From contig NIVC01003745.1 of NCBI GenBank assembly GCA_002269645.1, positions 1 through 64,000 of the forward strand: a stretch of 64,000 nt of DNA, given 5' to 3'. The translations under genes were made by a program, and so were the position numbers. Under the pieces are notes generated by a model. That model made no database searches and was not told where the DNA came from. It saw only the letters and a program-made list of their open reading frames with translations. The DNA comes from Macrostomum lignano (Eukaryota). Of the stretch, positions 60,001-64,000 are shown piece by piece (the first letter of the stretch is position 1; the number at the start of each line of letters is the position of its first letter).

Positions 60001-61473
60001 CCTCACATCCCCGTCCCACCGTCGCCTCACCTTCCTCCGCAGGCCGGCGCCCTCGGCAACATCGGGGCCGCGGAGCGCCTCCCGGTTGGCTTTGGAGTTG
60101 GCGGCCGCATCGGCTCGAATTTTGGCCACAGAAGCCAGGGCCTCGCGGGCCTCCTGAGACGCCACCCGAGCCGACTGGCCGCCGCTGCCGTCGTCCAGCT
60201 TGACTCGGTTCTTGACGTGGTAGAAGTTGGTGATGTCCCGCTTGTCAAAGTTCATGGGATCCTGGATGGTGATGATGTCGGAGCGGGCGAACGGCTTGCC
60301 GTCCAGCAGGTCCTGCCAGTTTCCCGGCTTCACGTTCAGCTGGTCGACCGCGTCCTGGCGACGGAGCAGAAATCCAGGCTTTGTGCTTATGGTGCGGTGA
60401 GGGCCAGCCTAGCAGCAACTTATTCAGCTTTTCTTGCCAATCTGCCATGTGTCCAACCCAAACTGTCATGTGTCCATCACAATCTGCCATCTGTCTATAC
60501 CAATCTGCCATTTGTCCATCTCAATCTGCCATCTGTCCAGCAATATCTGCCATCTGTCCATCCCAATCTGCCATCTGTCTATACCAATCTGCCATGTGTC
60601 CATCCCAATCTGCCATGTGTCCAGCCCAATCTGCCATCTGTCCAGCAATATCTGCCATCTGTCCATCCCAATCTGCCATCTGTCTATACCAATCTGCCAT
60701 GTGTCCATCCCAATCTGCCATGTGTCCATCCTAATCTGCCATCTGTCTATCCCAATCTGCCATGTGTCCAGCCCAATCTGCCATCTGTCCATCCCAATCT
60801 GCCATCTGTCCAGCCCAATCTGCCATCTGTCCAGCCATATCTGCCATCTGTCCATCCCAATCTGCCATCTGTCTATACCAATCTGCCATCTGTCCATGAC
60901 AATCTTCCATCTGTTTAGATTCATCTTTCAAATATCTTTCACGATATTTAACGTCCAATTCTATTCCACATCACTCTAAACCCAACTGTCGCCTCTATCC
61001 CAAATATTATTAACTGCCGCCAGCCAATATTCCCAATGTCATTGACTACCGCCTGTATCCTGAACTGCGGTCATCGCCACAAGACTCACCTTAGAGTAAA
61101 CATTGCCGGAGGTCGTTATGGCAACGATATGGCTGCTGGGCGTGAAGACCTTGTAGGTGACGGGACAGAAGTAGCGGCCCTCCGCGTTCTTGTGGAAGTG
61201 CAGCTCCACCAGGTCGCGCCGGGTCATCTTCTCGCCCGTGACGGGGCTGACGCCGAACTGCTTGAGAAAGTCCTGAATGTTCTTCAGGTCGAACACCACG
61301 CCATCTCGCGTGCACAGCGGCGTCGTGAACGGCTGCAGGCTGAGGGCGCAGAAGTCAAACGGCAGGCGCTTCAGCACGGTCTGGGCGGGCCGGCCGGTCT
61401 TGCCGCCGAAGTCCTCCGCCCACTCGGTGGGTCGGATGTGCAAAGTGTCCTTGGAGTGCTGCTTCTTGCCCAT
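57095..61473 (-). CDS. PPIL2: U-box/RING cyclophilin (peptidyl-prolyl isomerase-like 2, Cyp60)
   Basis: Exons 61473-61090, 60354-60031, 59913-59640 (1 nt short at GGGG 59785-59788), 59291-58967 and 57397-57095. [70 protein letters not shown]. Confidence 0.95.
57538..58520. repeat. 45-bp minisatellite (~22 copies) in PPIL2 intron 4, with degenerate copies at 58845-58960
   Basis: GAGCTCTGCAGCCAAGAATACAAGTACATCCGCACTCAGTGACCT. Confidence 0.95.
60440..60905. repeat. 21-bp minisatellite (AATCTGCCAT[C/G]TGTCCATCCC) in PPIL2 intron 1
   Basis: Read directly. Confidence 0.93.
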
Positions 61474-61499
61474 TGCTGCTGCGGGGTGGCAAGGCTGGC

Positions 61500-61710
61500 T
61501 GTAAGCTGGCCAATCAGAGCGGGCTGTGACTGACTGGCCAATCAGAGTGGGGTGTGACTGGCTGGCCGAGCAGAGTGGGGTCTGACTGGCTGGCCAATCA
61601 GAGTGGAATGGGACTGGCTGACCAATCAAAGTGGAGTGGGACTGGCTGGCGGGGTGTGACTGGCTGGCCAATCAGAGTGGGGTCTGACTGGCTGGCCAAT
61701 TAGAGCGGGG
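61500..61710. repeat. Degenerate ~28-bp repeat carrying six CCAAT motifs upstream of the PPIL2 ATG
   Basis: GGCCAATCAGAG-type motifs at ~61509, 61537, 61593, 61621, 61667 and 61696. Confidence 0.8.
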
Positions 61711-61830
61711 TCGGACTGACCCCACCACAATCGGAGTGAGGGCAGGTCAATAAAAGTTGGCGGTCTAAATGTTCCACCAGATTTTTTAAAATAAAAACAA
61801 GCCCCGACGTGCTGTGGTACAAGGAAAAAA

Positions 61831-61836
61831 TTTATT
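61831..61836 (-). terminator. Candidate polyadenylation signal of PDCD6
   Basis: First AATAAA I found on the minus strand downstream of the stop at 62390. Confidence 0.45.
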
Positions 61837-62389
61837 GACAAATATTAAATATGTATATTGCTCAAGCGGACACAGACCCGTACAAAGCGAGTTGCCATTG
61901 AAAAAAACTTTAAAGCCGCATAAAACACGATGCCTTAAACGGAAAACTACGGTATATATGAATCAGTTGGCAAAAAGCAGGTATAGCGATCAGATTACTG
62001 AATTAATATTTGTAATTGCTGAGTACAGCTGGCTTATTGCAACAGAAAAAACACAACTGCGCGTCAGTAACTGAAGCATTGGAAATATACAGTACTAATT
62101 ACTGGCTTAACCCAGACTTCAGTAAGCAGTCATGATTTATGGGAGTTCAATAAACATAAAATTCAAAACCAATCACAAAGATCTCTATGGGGCATCGAAA
62201 ACCTCATCTGCATTTGGTGCGGATGCACAATTCGATTCGCCAAGATCCCCTACTTGTTCACAGCGGTGTTGAGCACACTGCTCAGGAAGGTCTCACAGCT
62301 GATGCAGATCCCCGAACCCAGATCCCCTACTTGTTCACAGCGGTGTTGAGCACACTGCTCAGGAAGGTCTCACAGCTGATGCAGATCCC

Positions 62390-63958
<1,569 letters not shown>

Positions 63959-64000
63959 CCGACTCTTCCCCGGCACCCACCTGCAATTAGACTCACTGAA

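Noticed and set aside
1198-61473. Calling the frameshifted genes pseudogenes
   Set aside because: Motifs, splice sites and codon bias are intact, and the lesions follow a homopolymer-error pattern. Sequencing error is the simpler explanation until reads are checked.

Overview
Eukaryotic (metazoan) genomic DNA with GT-AG introns and GC-rich exons. About a third of the window is tandem repeat by my rough tally. This fits a free-living flatworm such as Macrostomum, but that is an inference and not a database match. I could rebuild 11 spliced protein-coding genes by hand: RPSA (3' part), an AGAP/centaurin-gamma, a PAN/apple-domain Thr-rich mucin, a GABA-B-like class C GPCR, USP16/45, an ACP2-like acid phosphatase, a NAT8/camello-like GNAT, TMEM177, PTPA, PPIL2 and PDCD6. 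Mobile elements are a decayed Gypsy-type RNase H-integrase fragment, two tRNA-derived SINEs, a Harbinger-like MITE and a Tc1/mariner-like MITE. About 40 tandem arrays are present, nearly all with a unit found nowhere else in the window. Main leads: (1) arrays that duplicate splice sites themselves, a 4x donor and a 9x acceptor in the GPCR gene; (2) local tandem amplification that inflates most introns and survives in coding DNA only as 3n units; (3) a 3' splice acceptor 2-18 nt before the ATG of seven genes, from either trans-splicing or 5'UTR introns; (4) an orphan GABA-B-like receptor. Eight genes carry single-base indels, mostly in G/C runs, which most likely reflect long-read consensus error. 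Exon coordinates were derived by eye and may be off by a few bases.
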